Below the pieces are notes generated by a model that was given only the letters and a program-made list of their open reading frames with translations, ran no database searches and had not been told where the DNA came from. From positions 1,408,001 through 1,472,000 of the forward strand of contig OZ223236.1 in assembly GCA_965140445.1 (NCBI GenBank): a stretch of 64,000 bases of DNA, given 5' to 3'. Shown here piece by piece: positions 1 to 10,002 of this stretch. Both the position numbers and the translations under genes were made by a program. This DNA is from Candidatus Ozemobacteraceae bacterium (GTDB lineage: Bacteria > Muiribacteriota > Ozemobacteria > Ozemobacterales > Ozemobacteraceae). The stretch's first letter is position 1; the number at the start of each line of letters is the position of its first letter.

Positions 1-319
1 TCCAGTTAATAGTGTATCCACCAACTTCAGGTTTGATTAGATCATATAAGCTTGGTGGATAAAGCTTTGATTCTGGAATCTCCAGCATAGCCGATCTTGA
101 AGTTACCTGCTTTTCAGCCGCAACCTGTGCATCTCTTCGCCAGGTTTGTATGGCTGATCTAATTTTATTAAGGTTGTCTTCAAACTCAGTTTCTTTCAAT
201 CTGATAAACGAAATTTCGGCAACAGGAACCGCTGATAATGAGATTACACCAAGAATGGTTACAACAATCAGCATTTCAATTAACGAGAAGCCCTTATTGT
301 TAAAAGTTTTACCAGTCAT
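1..319 (-). CDS. Prepilin-type N-terminal cleavage/methylation protein (pseudopilin), 3' end outside window
   Basis: Not in the ORF track. Hand translation of the minus strand from ATG at 319 gives MTGKTFNNKG|FSLIEMLIVVTILGVISLSAVPVAEISFIRLKETEFEDNL..., open to the window edge. Class III signal G|FxxxE. Confidence 0.85.
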   Translation of the reverse strand, partial: MTGKTFNNKGFSLIEMLIVVTILGVISLSAVPVAEISFIRLKETEFEDNLNKIRSAIQTWRRDAQVAAEKQVTSRSAMLEIPESKLYPPSLYDLIKPEVGGYTINW

Positions 320-998
320 CTGTATTGCTCCCATCAATTGCAACCCCTGCACCTCGAGAGACTATATTTGTTACTCCCGTGGCTAATTGTGGCGTTGAGT
401 TCCATGGATCTGTGGTTGAAGATGCGTAATAGGGCCCCCCTGGTGCTGTGTTTAAAGCTGGTTTGAATTCCCAATGAGCATTTGGATACCATCCTTTAAA
501 AGGGTGGGGAGGGATTGTTCTTAAAAATCTTCTCTGAATTGTTATGTCAACAAATCCTGTAGTCGTATCTGTTGCTACTCTAACAGTGTAGGGGGTTGCC
601 CTTATGATGTGTGAAGGCGAAAGTGGATAGAGCTCCCCTCCGGCAGCGCTGGACTTCAAAAAATGTTGAATTGATGGCTTTATTAAGGGTTGGTCTGCAG
701 GGGCGGTGTGGGCATTTTTTATTTTTGAAATACCTTGAGTCACAAAGTAGTTTCTGCATCCTTGTGTGAAAACTTTGTTACTTTGAAAGGATTTTGAGCC
801 GCCAATTGCCGCTCTGACCGAGAGAAGTATGTCTTTTAATCTTCTTTCTTTTTCCCTTTGCTGAATTATTTTAAAAACCGGAAATGAAATAGCCGCCATT
901 AATCCGATAACTACGGTTACAACCATTATTTCAATAAGCGTAACCCCGCTTTTGCAAGCGGGGCGCTTAGATCTTTTTTCTGCCGCCAGTTTATACAT
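309..998 (-). CDS. Type II secretion / type IV pilus pseudopilin-like protein
   Basis: KSG|VTLIEIMVVTVVIGLMAAI class III signal; C-terminal LRTIPPHPF...W...IVS.GAGVAIDGSNTDDW motif typical of GspG-like pseudopilins. Confidence 0.85.
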   Translation of the reverse strand: MYKLAAEKRSKRPACKSGVTLIEIMVVTVVIGLMAAISFPVFKIIQQREKERRLKDILLSVRAAIGGSKSFQSNKVFTQGCRNYFVTQGISKIKNAHTAPADQPLIKPSIQHFLKSSAAGGELYPLSPSHIIRATPYTVRVATDTTTGFVDITIQRRFLRTIPPHPFKGWYPNAHWEFKPALNTAPGGPYYASSTTDPWNSTPQLATGVTNIVSRGAGVAIDGSNTDDW

Positions 999-1022
999 CT
1001 TTCTGGACTTCTCCAGTCGAGT

Positions 1023-2411
1023 TTAGTTTTCTTTCATTAGTGGCAGGAATATGTTTGTTGATTTTAGAATGTCAATAGCTCGTTGAAGCTGAGTGTCGTA
1101 TTTATTTACAACATATCCCTGAAGTTCGCCTCTAGAAAGGCTGTCAGGTGGTTCAATGAATCCGCTTAATGTGTAAGTTTCTGAAGCATTATTTTCACCG
1201 TGAATAGTGATGGTTCCAGAGCTTATTTCTACTGTTTGGCTACTATTTGAAAGTTTTTTCAGGTATTCCTGATCTTTTTCCATAGCTTTTTTGATTTCTT
1301 CTTGTTTTTCTTTGTCAAGCTTGGGAAGTTCCACTTCCACATCTGGTTTAATACCACTTTTGTGAATGTTTACTCCGGATGGGGTGTAGTAAAGAGCGGT
1401 GGTAAGAGCCATTGCTGAACCATCATTTAATGAAATAACAGTCTGAACCGATCCCTTACCAAATGATTTTTTCCCTAACAGAAGCCCACGCTTATTATCT
1501 TTAACCGCGCCTGCCACGATTTCAGAGGCTGAAGCTGATCCTTCATTAATCAAAACTATAAGAGGTAAAATCGGGTGGTATTTAAAGAAAGAGCTGTAGG
1601 TGTTTTCTTCCCCATCTCTTCCCTTGATTGAAACTATATCGCCTTTTGGAATGAATTTTCTTCCAACTTCAACAGCTGCGGTCAAAAGTCCGCCAGGATT
1701 GTTTCTCAGATCGAGAATAATAGAAGCAACTCCAGCTTTCTCTAAATCGATTAGTGCCTTCTCAAGGTCCTCTGAAGAAGTTTGAATGAACTGCGTAAGT
1801 CTTATATATCCAATGTTTGGATTGATTACCCAATATTTAATACTTGGTAGTTTTATTACCTGACGTGTAATTACATAGTCTTTGGTTTCTTTTTCGCCTT
1901 CACGTAAAACAGTGATGGTAACATCTGTGCCAACTGGACCTCTAAGAAGCTTTACCGCGTCATGAAGGGCTATATCTATTACGTCTTTGCTGTCAATCTT
2001 AATAATCATATCACCAGCCATGATTCCGGCTCTTGCTGCTGGTGTGTCATCAATTGGAGAAATTACGGTTAACATTCTATCTTTTATAGATATAACGATT
2101 CCGAGACCGCCAAATTCTCCCTGAGTTTCAACTTGCATTTCCTTGAAGTTCTTAGGTTCCATAAATCTTGTATAAGGATCTTCAAGTTTCTTGAGCATTC
2201 CTTCAATTGCGCCATAAATCAATTTCTGCTCATCAATATTCTCTTCAACATAATCAGACTTGATAAGTTCAAGAACTTTTCTGATTAAATCCAAAGATTT
2301 AAAATAGGTCAGATTGGTTGAAGTTGCTGAAACGGTGCTGCTAAAAATAAATAACAGGAGCCCAGCAGTCACACAAATGGGTATAAATACTTTAAAAAAC
2401 TTTGATTTCAT
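1023..2411 (-). CDS. ctpA: Carboxyl-terminal processing protease, S41A family
   Basis: N-terminal anchor, DPYT motif, PDZ (GGLGI), DLRNNPGG, SASASEI catalytic Ser, GKGSVQ catalytic Lys. Confidence 0.95.
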   Translation of the reverse strand: MKSKFFKVFIPICVTAGLLLFIFSSTVSATSTNLTYFKSLDLIRKVLELIKSDYVEENIDEQKLIYGAIEGMLKKLEDPYTRFMEPKNFKEMQVETQGEFGGLGIVISIKDRMLTVISPIDDTPAARAGIMAGDMIIKIDSKDVIDIALHDAVKLLRGPVGTDVTITVLREGEKETKDYVITRQVIKLPSIKYWVINPNIGYIRLTQFIQTSSEDLEKALIDLEKAGVASIILDLRNNPGGLLTAAVEVGRKFIPKGDIVSIKGRDGEENTYSSFFKYHPILPLIVLINEGSASASEIVAGAVKDNKRGLLLGKKSFGKGSVQTVISLNDGSAMALTTALYYTPSGVNIHKSGIKPDVEVELPKLDKEKQEEIKKAMEKDQEYLKKLSNSSQTVEISSGTITIHGENNASETYTLSGFIEPPDSLSRGELQGYVVNKYDTQLQRAIDILKSTNIFLPLMKEN

Positions 2412-2474
2412 TGATAGCTCCTTCAGATTTCACACAAATAATAAATTATATAAATTTAGTCTAACATAGTTAGA

Positions 2475-2504
2475 TTTATAGCTTCCAGAAATCTCCTTTG
2501 TCAA
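2475..2504 (-). promoter_or_regulatory. Putative sigma70 promoter for ctpA and the downstream pseudopilins
   Basis: Minus strand TTGACA (2504-2499), 18 nt spacer, TATAAA (2480-2475). Confidence 0.5.
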
Positions 2505-2507
2505 TTT

Positions 2508-3752
2508 CTACTTAATTGAAGGAAGGAAATTTAAAGGCGGTTGTTTTTTACCCCCAAACCTGATTTCAAAATGCAATGGAGAGTCCTTTGTTCCGTAGAT
2601 TCTCCCAATGGTGGTGTTTTTTTCAACTATCTGTCCCAGTCCAACCCATATGTCGTCGATTTTTGCGTAAACGGTTGAAAATCCTCTCTCATGTCCTACT
2701 ATGATAACATTCCCAAGCCCTCCGATGTTACCTTTATATAGAATTTTTCCGCGACCAGCAGATTTTACTTCAGATTCTGACTTAACAAAAATGTTTAAGG
2801 CATATGAACCAGCTTTCCCTAATTGAGTAAAAGATTTTCTATCTTTTCTGTCTATGGGCCAGTTAAAATTCATTACTTTTGCAGCTTTAGAGGCGGATTC
2901 TGGTAGTCGGGCAACTTTGGCTGGCTGGGTTGGTGTTACAGGTTTAGTTTCCAGGGCTGGGGCGTCTTTGCTAATTTCTGCTTCTAACTTGCCTGGATTA
3001 GCGATTCTCTGGCCTTCAATTTTTTGAAACTCAAGCTCAAGCTTATCTTTTGAAGCCTTAAGATCTTTTTGCTTTTTTAGGAATAGCTTCTTTTCAAGGA
3101 CCAATGTTGAAAGCATTGCATTTAAAGATTTACTTTCAGTGTTAAGCTTTTTTGATTGTTTATCAAATTGTTGCTGATTAAGCTGAAGCAATTGGTTTTT
3201 TTTGTTCAGATCAGCTCTATCTTTTTTTAATTTAGAGTTTTGGGTATTAAGAGATTTTATGAGCTCTTTATCATTTTTTAAAAGATACTTAACCATTTGG
3301 TATCTGTTTAAAAAAGAATTCAGGTCTTTCGCTGAAAACACACTTCCTAAAAGCGTTCCTTGCTTAATTCTGTGAAGCTGAACCAGTCTGGAACGATATC
3401 TGGCAATAGTTTGCTTAATTTCTTTTGTTCCCTCATTTATCTGGTTCTGCAATGATTCTATTTCTGATTTTATAAGATTTTTTGAATCAGCAAGGCTTAA
3501 GACCTGATCTTTTAATTTCTGAATTTGTGACTTTTTGCTTTTTATCTTTTTTTCAAGATTTCTTACTCTTTTGCGATTGTCTTTGACTTTGAGGTCAAGG
3601 TATTCTATTTGAAGATTAACCGAGTCTAGTTCAAGTTGTAACTCGTCTTTATCCTGAGGTTGTGTCTTGGCTGCAAAAGCAGGTTCGCTATTTCCAGGAA
3701 AAAGCGTTAAAAAAAGCATGAGAACTATCAATACCCTTTTTATCAATGACAT
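2508..3752 (-). CDS. envC: EnvC-like murein hydrolase activator (coiled coil plus degenerate M23/LytM domain)
   Basis: Signal peptide, long coiled coil, C-terminal M23 fold (GNVIIVGH..GFSTVYA, LHFEIR) lacking HxxxD; directly downstream of ftsEX. Confidence 0.8.
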   Translation of the reverse strand: MSLIKRVLIVLMLFLTLFPGNSEPAFAAKTQPQDKDELQLELDSVNLQIEYLDLKVKDNRKRVRNLEKKIKSKKSQIQKLKDQVLSLADSKNLIKSEIESLQNQINEGTKEIKQTIARYRSRLVQLHRIKQGTLLGSVFSAKDLNSFLNRYQMVKYLLKNDKELIKSLNTQNSKLKKDRADLNKKNQLLQLNQQQFDKQSKKLNTESKSLNAMLSTLVLEKKLFLKKQKDLKASKDKLELEFQKIEGQRIANPGKLEAEISKDAPALETKPVTPTQPAKVARLPESASKAAKVMNFNWPIDRKDRKSFTQLGKAGSYALNIFVKSESEVKSAGRGKILYKGNIGGLGNVIIVGHERGFSTVYAKIDDIWVGLGQIVEKNTTIGRIYGTKDSPLHFEIRFGGKKQPPLNFLPSIK

Positions 3753-3758
3753 TTTTAG

Positions 3759-4673
3759 TTAAACCCCATTGGGAGATGACTTGCTAAAGCTGCTGATGTC
3801 TCTTAGTGATAAAAGGCCTCCTGAGATTCCCAGAACAATTCCCATCATCAGAAGTTTTATGGCTAGTTTTACTAACTGCTCAATTGAGACTGTTGAGGTA
3901 AAAAACGGTATCAGCATTGTCATTTTAACCATTATGAATTTGTAGGAAACAAATAAAATCAAAATTGCGGCCAGGGAACCGATGAATCCCTGTATGAATC
4001 CCTCAACGAGGAATGGACCGCGAACAAACCAGTTAGTTGCTCCGACCAGCTTCATAATAATTATTTCTTCCTTGCGCATATAAAGAGTGAGTCTAACAGT
4101 GTTAAAAACAATAAACAAAGAAGCAAGTCCCAGTAATGTAACTATGCCAAGACTGCTAAACCAAAGCATATCCGACAGCCCCTGAAATTGCTTAAACAGA
4201 TCTTCGCCGTAGCTAATGTTGTCAATTTGAGGCTCAGATTGGAGTTTTTCTATAAGATTTTTCAGCTCATAACTACTTCTAATTTTTATTCTGAGAGTTG
4301 TTGGAAGCGGATTTGTTTCCTGAGTAATTCCAATTTGGAGAAGTTTCTGATCGTCCGGGTCGCTGAAAAGTTCCTTTGCTGCTTCTTCAGGGGTGATTGT
4401 CTGAATCTTTGAAATCTCATCTAGCTCTGTAAGACGCAATTTTAAACTATTTACTTCTGATCCAGATATGCCGGGTTTTAGATAAACAGTGACCATGGCC
4501 TCTTCCTGTAGCTGATGAAGGAAGTCTTCCATATTCATAGTTACGAGCAAAAAAGCCCCCATCATCATTAAAGAAATAGCTATTGTAGAAACGGTGATGA
4601 AAGCCATCATCCAGGATCTGCGAAGATTTGTAGCTGCTTCAGCCACAAAAAAAGAAATGTTTGCTATTGGCAT
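3759..4673 (-). CDS. ftsX: Cell division permease FtsX
   Basis: Four TM segments; NTVRLT...RKEEI.IMKLVGATNWFVRGPFLVEG signature. Confidence 0.95.
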   Translation of the reverse strand: MPIANISFFVAEAATNLRRSWMMAFITVSTIAISLMMMGAFLLVTMNMEDFLHQLQEEAMVTVYLKPGISGSEVNSLKLRLTELDEISKIQTITPEEAAKELFSDPDDQKLLQIGITQETNPLPTTLRIKIRSSYELKNLIEKLQSEPQIDNISYGEDLFKQFQGLSDMLWFSSLGIVTLLGLASLFIVFNTVRLTLYMRKEEIIIMKLVGATNWFVRGPFLVEGFIQGFIGSLAAILILFVSYKFIMVKMTMLIPFFTSTVSIEQLVKLAIKLLMMGIVLGISGGLLSLRDISSFSKSSPNGV

Positions 4674-4690
4674 ATTATCTCCGACCTGCT

Positions 4691-5374
4691 TTATTCGTAG
4701 GCATAAGTGCCACAGGCTTCATCTTTAATTATCTGTCCGTCTACCAGGGCAAGGACTCTTTTTCTAAGTTTGTTAACAAGATTGTGGTTGTGGGTTGCCA
4801 TAATAACAGTTGTTCCACGGGAGTTAATTTCAAGGAATAGTTGCATGATCTCCTGTGAAATCATTGGGTCCAGGTTACCTGTAGGTTCGTCCGTAATTAA
4901 AATCAAAGGATTATTAACAATGGCTCTGGCGATACAAACTCTTTGCTGTTCACCGCCTGACAACTCGTTTGGAAACATTCTGCGTTTATGTGAAAGCCCG
5001 ACTTGCTCTAGAGCTTCTTGTACGCGGCTGCTTATGACGCTTGTTGATGCGCCAATTACTCTTAAACCAAAAGCAACGTTTTCTGCGACTGTTCTGGTTT
5101 TTAATAACTGAAAGTCTTGCAAAACAATTCCAAGGTTTCGACGAAGATACGGAACTCTATTTTCTGGCATGGTTACAATATCTTTTCCGTCTACAAGAAT
5201 TTTACCTTCGGTAGGAATTTCTTCGCGGAATAGAATACGCAGAAAAGTACTTTTTCCTGCGCCACTTGGACCAACGAGGAAAACAAAATCTCCCGGGTCT
5301 ATTGACAAATTAATGTTATTAAGCGCTCTAACCCCGTTAGGGTAGATTTTTGACACATTTTGAAGTTCGATCAT
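4691..5374 (-). CDS. ftsE: Cell division ATP-binding protein FtsE
   Basis: GPSGAGKST, LRRNLGIVLQDF, LSGGEQQRV, DEPTGNLD; adjacent to ftsX. Confidence 0.95.
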   Translation of the reverse strand: MIELQNVSKIYPNGVRALNNINLSIDPGDFVFLVGPSGAGKSTFLRILFREEIPTEGKILVDGKDIVTMPENRVPYLRRNLGIVLQDFQLLKTRTVAENVAFGLRVIGASTSVISSRVQEALEQVGLSHKRRMFPNELSGGEQQRVCIARAIVNNPLILITDEPTGNLDPMISQEIMQLFLEINSRGTTVIMATHNHNLVNKLRKRVLALVDGQIIKDEACGTYAYE

Positions 5375-5526
5375 ATTTATTTATTCTCTAATTTACTGTT
5401 TTAAGTGCTGGAAGTATAACAGGAAAATGTAAATTTTTTCAAAAATGAATTTTTCTGCCTTAAATTGTGTTTTTTCTGATAAGATTCATAGAAATAAATC
5501 TGATATTTGTAGAGGCTGGAGGAGCC

Positions 5527-6603
5527 ATGATTTTTGAGCTGCTTAATCTTTGTCTGGAAAAGGGCGCTTCTGATTTACACTTTAAGGCAGGTTATCCGCC
5601 TATTTTAAGAATTGATGGAACAATGAGACCCATCAAAGATATGCCCGAAATTAACTTTGACGACTATGAAAACATGCTTGAAGCAATCCTTGATGATGCT
5701 CAAATGGTAACTTTTTTGAAGTTTAAAAAACTCGATATTGGTTACAGTTTCCAAAATGCTCGTTTCAGAGTAAATTTATTTAATGATTTGCGAGGCGGGA
5801 ATGCTGTTTTCAGGGTTATTCCGTTTAAAAACCTTTCTTTTAATGATATAAATCTTCCAAAATCTGGAAGAACCTTAGCAGATAGTCCGAAGGGGTGTAT
5901 CTTAGTTACTGGCGCAACAGGGGCCGGGAAATCTACTACACTTTCAACCTTTATTACTCATATAAACTCAGCATATAGCAAAACAATTGTGACCGTAGAA
6001 GATCCGATTGAATACTTGTTTGAAGATGATTTAAGTCTAATCAGCCAGCGACAGGTTGGTGTTGATTGTTTAAATTTCGAAGATGGAATTCGCGGTGCAC
6101 TTAAGATGGACTGTGATGTTTTAATGGTTGGTGAACTTAGAAATGCAGAGGCTGTAGAAATGACACTGCTAGCTGCTGAATCCGGGAAACTGGTTTTTGC
6201 TACTTTGCATAGTAATACGGCATTACAAGCCTTAGAAAGATTTGTAAATTTATTCCCAAGAAATCTTCACGGACAGATACTTGGGCGATTGGCAGGTTGT
6301 TTGCAGGGGGTTGTAACTCAAACTCTTATTCCCAAAAAACAGGGGAGGGGAAGAGTTGCTGCTTTTGAAATTTTGCTGAATACTCCCGCCGTAAAAGGTC
6401 TCATAAATGAAAACAGAGTTCATTTAATTTCTTCCTATCTTGAGTCGGGTGCTACCTCAGGGATGAGATCTCTTGATCAATCTCTTGTTGAGTTAATCGT
6501 TGAAAAACGAGTTAGCATGAATGACGCTTTGATGCGAGCAAATAACCCATCTTTTGTTAAACGAAAAGTTGAAGAATATGATGGAATTGGGGGCGAGCAA
6601 TGA
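5527..6603 (+). CDS. pilT: PilT/PilU family type IV pilus retraction ATPase, paralogue 1
   Basis: GASDLH, RFRVN, Walker A GATGAGKST, EDPIE, VGELR, TLHS. Start placed at ATG 5527 after GGAGGAG. Confidence 0.9.
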   Translation: MIFELLNLCLEKGASDLHFKAGYPPILRIDGTMRPIKDMPEINFDDYENMLEAILDDAQMVTFLKFKKLDIGYSFQNARFRVNLFNDLRGGNAVFRVIPFKNLSFNDINLPKSGRTLADSPKGCILVTGATGAGKSTTLSTFITHINSAYSKTIVTVEDPIEYLFEDDLSLISQRQVGVDCLNFEDGIRGALKMDCDVLMVGELRNAEAVEMTLLAAESGKLVFATLHSNTALQALERFVNLFPRNLHGQILGRLAGCLQGVVTQTLIPKKQGRGRVAAFEILLNTPAVKGLINENRVHLISSYLESGATSGMRSLDQSLVELIVEKRVSMNDALMRANNPSFVKRKVEEYDGIGGEQ

Positions 6604-7646
6604 GACCAGAGATCTTTGATTTGTTTGAAAAAGCCCTCGAATTAGGAGCGAGCGATTTAATTCTTAAACCAGATGCTCCACCTTCATTTAGAATGAACAA
6701 GCATCTTATAATTTCTGAGGAAGAAACTTTGGCACCACAACAGATGTACGATTTATTTTTACCTCTGATTGATGCCAAACAGCAGGAGCAATTAAGAAGT
6801 GAATATCATGTTAGCTCTATTTTCCCATACAGAGAAAATAGATGCCGAATCAGATATTATATCTATCAACAGCGCGATGGTTATGCGGGATCATTTAGGT
6901 TTATTCCGCCAAAGATACCAAGTATAACTCAGCTAAATTTACCAAAAGAGCTCATAAATATTGCCGCCTCCCCACGTGGCTTATTCTTAGTAACTGGACC
7001 TGGATGTTCCGGGAAAACAATGACTATCGCTGCTATGGCAGACGCTATAAATAAAAGATTTGCCCGCCACATCATTACCATGGAGAATCCGGTAGAAATC
7101 CTATATACACCACAACAAGCCGTTTTTACTCAGGTTGAGATTGGTCGGGTTATTGATAATTATTCTGATGCTTTAACTAATGCTCTACGCGAGGATCCTG
7201 ACGTTATGATCATTGGAGAGCTTAAAGAGAGAGATATTCTTGAGCAAGCTCTTATGGCTGCAGAAACTGGGCATCTTGTTTTGTCTTCACTCCCAACTAT
7301 GGGCGCTGCGCCAACAATTGAACATATAATCAGCATGTTTCCACCGGAAAAACAGGAAGAAGCCAGAGCTCAAATTAGTTTGAACCTTATAGGTATCTTT
7401 TCTCAAATGTTGATTCCAAGTATTGATCCATTTCAACCGCCAAGGGTTGCTTATGAGTTGATGATGGTTAATTCCGCTATGCGCAACTTGATTAGAGAAA
7501 AGAAATATAACCAGCTTAGTACTGCGATGATTATGTCTAAAAGAGAAGGATGTCTGACATTAAAAGATTCGTTGGAAAAACTGCTGCGTGACGAGGGCGC
7601 TGATCAGACGCTTGTGAGAAGGCTTTTGCAGGAGATTGAAGAATGA
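6600..7646 (+). CDS. PilT/PilU family ATPase, paralogue 2
   Basis: GASDL, Walker A GPGCSGKT, LREDPD, IGELK, AETGHLV, AMRNLIRE; ATGA overlap with the upstream gene. Confidence 0.88.
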   Translation: MRPEIFDLFEKALELGASDLILKPDAPPSFRMNKHLIISEEETLAPQQMYDLFLPLIDAKQQEQLRSEYHVSSIFPYRENRCRIRYYIYQQRDGYAGSFRFIPPKIPSITQLNLPKELINIAASPRGLFLVTGPGCSGKTMTIAAMADAINKRFARHIITMENPVEILYTPQQAVFTQVEIGRVIDNYSDALTNALREDPDVMIIGELKERDILEQALMAAETGHLVLSSLPTMGAAPTIEHIISMFPPEKQEEARAQISLNLIGIFSQMLIPSIDPFQPPRVAYELMMVNSAMRNLIREKKYNQLSTAMIMSKREGCLTLKDSLEKLLRDEGADQTLVRRLLQEIEE

Positions 7647-9922
7647 ACGATATAGCTCAAAAAAGAATCGCAGAATTTCATCATCGAATTGTCGAAACAG
7701 TAATTTCTAACCTGGGATACGAGCATTCGCTTGATTTAAAGGTCAAACTTGTAAAAATTCTTTCTTTAATTGGAAACCAGGATCTCGAAACTTCGGTTTT
7801 TGGATTCCTAAAAAATAATATTGATCAAGAAGAAGCAATTATTGCAGCCTGTAGATTTCAGAGTGAAGAAATCGACAAGTTTTTGTTTTCCAGGGTCGCA
7901 GATAAAAGAGCAACTCATAGAGATCTGATAACGGAGCAGCTTGGTTTTAGAAAAAATGATGCTGTTTTGAATGTTCTTGTAAATCTTCTTGATGACGAAA
8001 ACAGGCATGTGAGGTTTCAGGCCGCAAGTAGCCTTTTTAATATTGGTGGGAAAGAAGCGGCTTTGGCATTGTGTAAATACATTTCTGATCCAGATGAATG
8101 GATTTCTATGACTATTCTTCGCTATCTTTGCATTTTGAAAGAACATGAAACAATTCCAATATTGTCTGAAAAGTTTCATCAAGATGAAGATTTGAGAAGA
8201 AAAGCCCTGATGGTGTCCTTTTTATCAAGATTTAATAGTGTAACGCTTATCAATATCTTTGATGAAGGGATAAGAGGAAGAGATGCCAGGCTTAAAGCAA
8301 ACTCAATTGAAGCAATTGGAAATCTGAATCTTCCTGAGGGAGAAATTAAGAAAAGGATCGAACCGTATTTAAGAGACCCAAATAATAGAATCAGGGCTAA
8401 CTCTATTTTGGCGCTTGCTCGCTCTGAGCCCGATAAAGTTAAGCCTGAAATTGCCGAAATGGTTGCATCCAACGATATTCAGTTGAGACGAAGTGCGGCA
8501 TTTATTCTTGGTATGATTCCTTCAGATGGGAACAAAGAATTGGCTGAAATTTTGATTAAAGATAGTTCGGTTGCTGTTCGGAAAAGAATGGTTATTTCTC
8601 TAAATAATTTTTCATCTGATTTTGTTTGTGATCAACTTGAAACAACCCTGAATGATTCTGACAAATGGATTAGAAAGCATTCTATTGATATGGCTTCAAG
8701 ATTGACTAATTTTCCGCATGACAGTGTGCTAAATTTGCTAAAAACAGAAAGAGCAGCTCCAAATCTGGAAGCATGCATGAAATTTTTCGCAAGAAAACCT
8801 TCAGAGAAAGCTCTTCCAAACCTTAAACTTCATGTAAAAGATAGAAGATTTAAAGTTATTAAAGCTTTATTGGAAGCTGTTGTAAGTATTAGTGGTATCG
8901 ATGGAGTTAAAAAACTGGCTCCAAGGTTAGATCAGCGAGATCCTAAAATTGTGGACGCCTTAACAGAAATCTTTCTAAAAGCTGGAGAAAGAAAAATACT
9001 AGACGATCTGGCAGAAAAATTTGCGTCCATAAATAAAGAAGATCAACTTCTTAAACTTGTTCCTTCAGTGGTTAGTTGTGTTGAGATTTTATCTGACCCT
9101 GAAAAAATTCCTGAGCCTTTATTAGAAAGTCTGGAAGCTCTAGAATTGGAAGAAAAAGTTGTTGAAGAAGCTATTGAGCCTGAAGTTGAAGAGCATGATT
9201 CAAATGATGAAGGTTCAACGGATATTGATTTTATTGGTCAGATTCCAGTTCCTGAACTTCCGACCGGAGAAGGGGCCAGAGATCTACCTTCACTTCTTGA
9301 ATTAAGCGAATTGGCAGCTTCTAGAAAAGCTAAGCCAAAAACTCCGAAAAGTTTCAGATCTGGCGTTAAAGCTTTTAATATGGGCAAACTCAAAAAGGCT
9401 CAGAAAGAATTTAACAAGCTATTAGAGGAAGAAGATGAGGTTCCAGAAAAAACTTATTACTACATGGGAATGATTTGTTTTGAACTGGAAAAATTTGAGC
9501 AGGCAAGAGATTTCCTGCAGACTTATCTTAGAAGCAGCCCAGATAACAGCAAAGTTAACTACATTTTGGGCAAGGTTTTGAAGAGTTTGAAAAATTGGTC
9601 GGGATTAGTTAAAGTTTACTCAAGATTTGCAGAAGGCAAAATTGATGCATCTCCAAAAATGAAAAAGAAGATTTACCTGGACCTTGGAATTGCAAATATT
9701 CTTATTGGTAAATATGATAGAGGCGCACAATTGCTTGAGAGTCTTTATAAGCTTGATAATGAAAATCCTGAAGTCGTTTATTACCTTGCTTTTGCACGAT
9801 TCAATTCAGGAAAATTGAGTGCAGCAGACGCTTTGTTGGATTCATTGTTAAAGGGTAATTGCAAGAGTAAGAGGTATTTAAAACTGGCTCAAGCTTTGAA
9901 AAAGAAAATGAAGGGTGGCTGA
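7643..9922 (+). CDS. HEAT-repeat protein with acidic linker and C-terminal TPR repeats
   Basis: Repeated LxDxxxxVRxxAxxxL units; acidic linker; TPR-like YYYMGMICF..., NYILG..., YYLAFARF. Confidence 0.85.
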   Translation: MNDIAQKRIAEFHHRIVETVISNLGYEHSLDLKVKLVKILSLIGNQDLETSVFGFLKNNIDQEEAIIAACRFQSEEIDKFLFSRVADKRATHRDLITEQLGFRKNDAVLNVLVNLLDDENRHVRFQAASSLFNIGGKEAALALCKYISDPDEWISMTILRYLCILKEHETIPILSEKFHQDEDLRRKALMVSFLSRFNSVTLINIFDEGIRGRDARLKANSIEAIGNLNLPEGEIKKRIEPYLRDPNNRIRANSILALARSEPDKVKPEIAEMVASNDIQLRRSAAFILGMIPSDGNKELAEILIKDSSVAVRKRMVISLNNFSSDFVCDQLETTLNDSDKWIRKHSIDMASRLTNFPHDSVLNLLKTERAAPNLEACMKFFARKPSEKALPNLKLHVKDRRFKVIKALLEAVVSISGIDGVKKLAPRLDQRDPKIVDALTEIFLKAGERKILDDLAEKFASINKEDQLLKLVPSVVSCVEILSDPEKIPEPLLESLEALELEEKVVEEAIEPEVEEHDSNDEGSTDIDFIGQIPVPELPTGEGARDLPSLLELSELAASRKAKPKTPKSFRSGVKAFNMGKLKKAQKEFNKLLEEEDEVPEKTYYYMGMICFELEKFEQARDFLQTYLRSSPDNSKVNYILGKVLKSLKNWSGLVKVYSRFAEGKIDASPKMKKKIYLDLGIANILIGKYDRGAQLLESLYKLDNENPEVVYYLAFARFNSGKLSAADALLDSLLKGNCKSKRYLKLAQALKKKMKGG

Positions 9923-10002
9923 ATCTAGTTCGTTTTCTGGTGTCTTTTCTCGGGTTGTTTTATGTTAAACTCAAAAAAACTTAAACTGATGGAAGTTAGA
10001 GC

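Noticed and set aside
2508..2900. Active M23 endopeptidase
   Set aside because: The HxxxD zinc ligands are missing and only one His of HxH remains; consistent with an ordinary non-catalytic EnvC-type activator.
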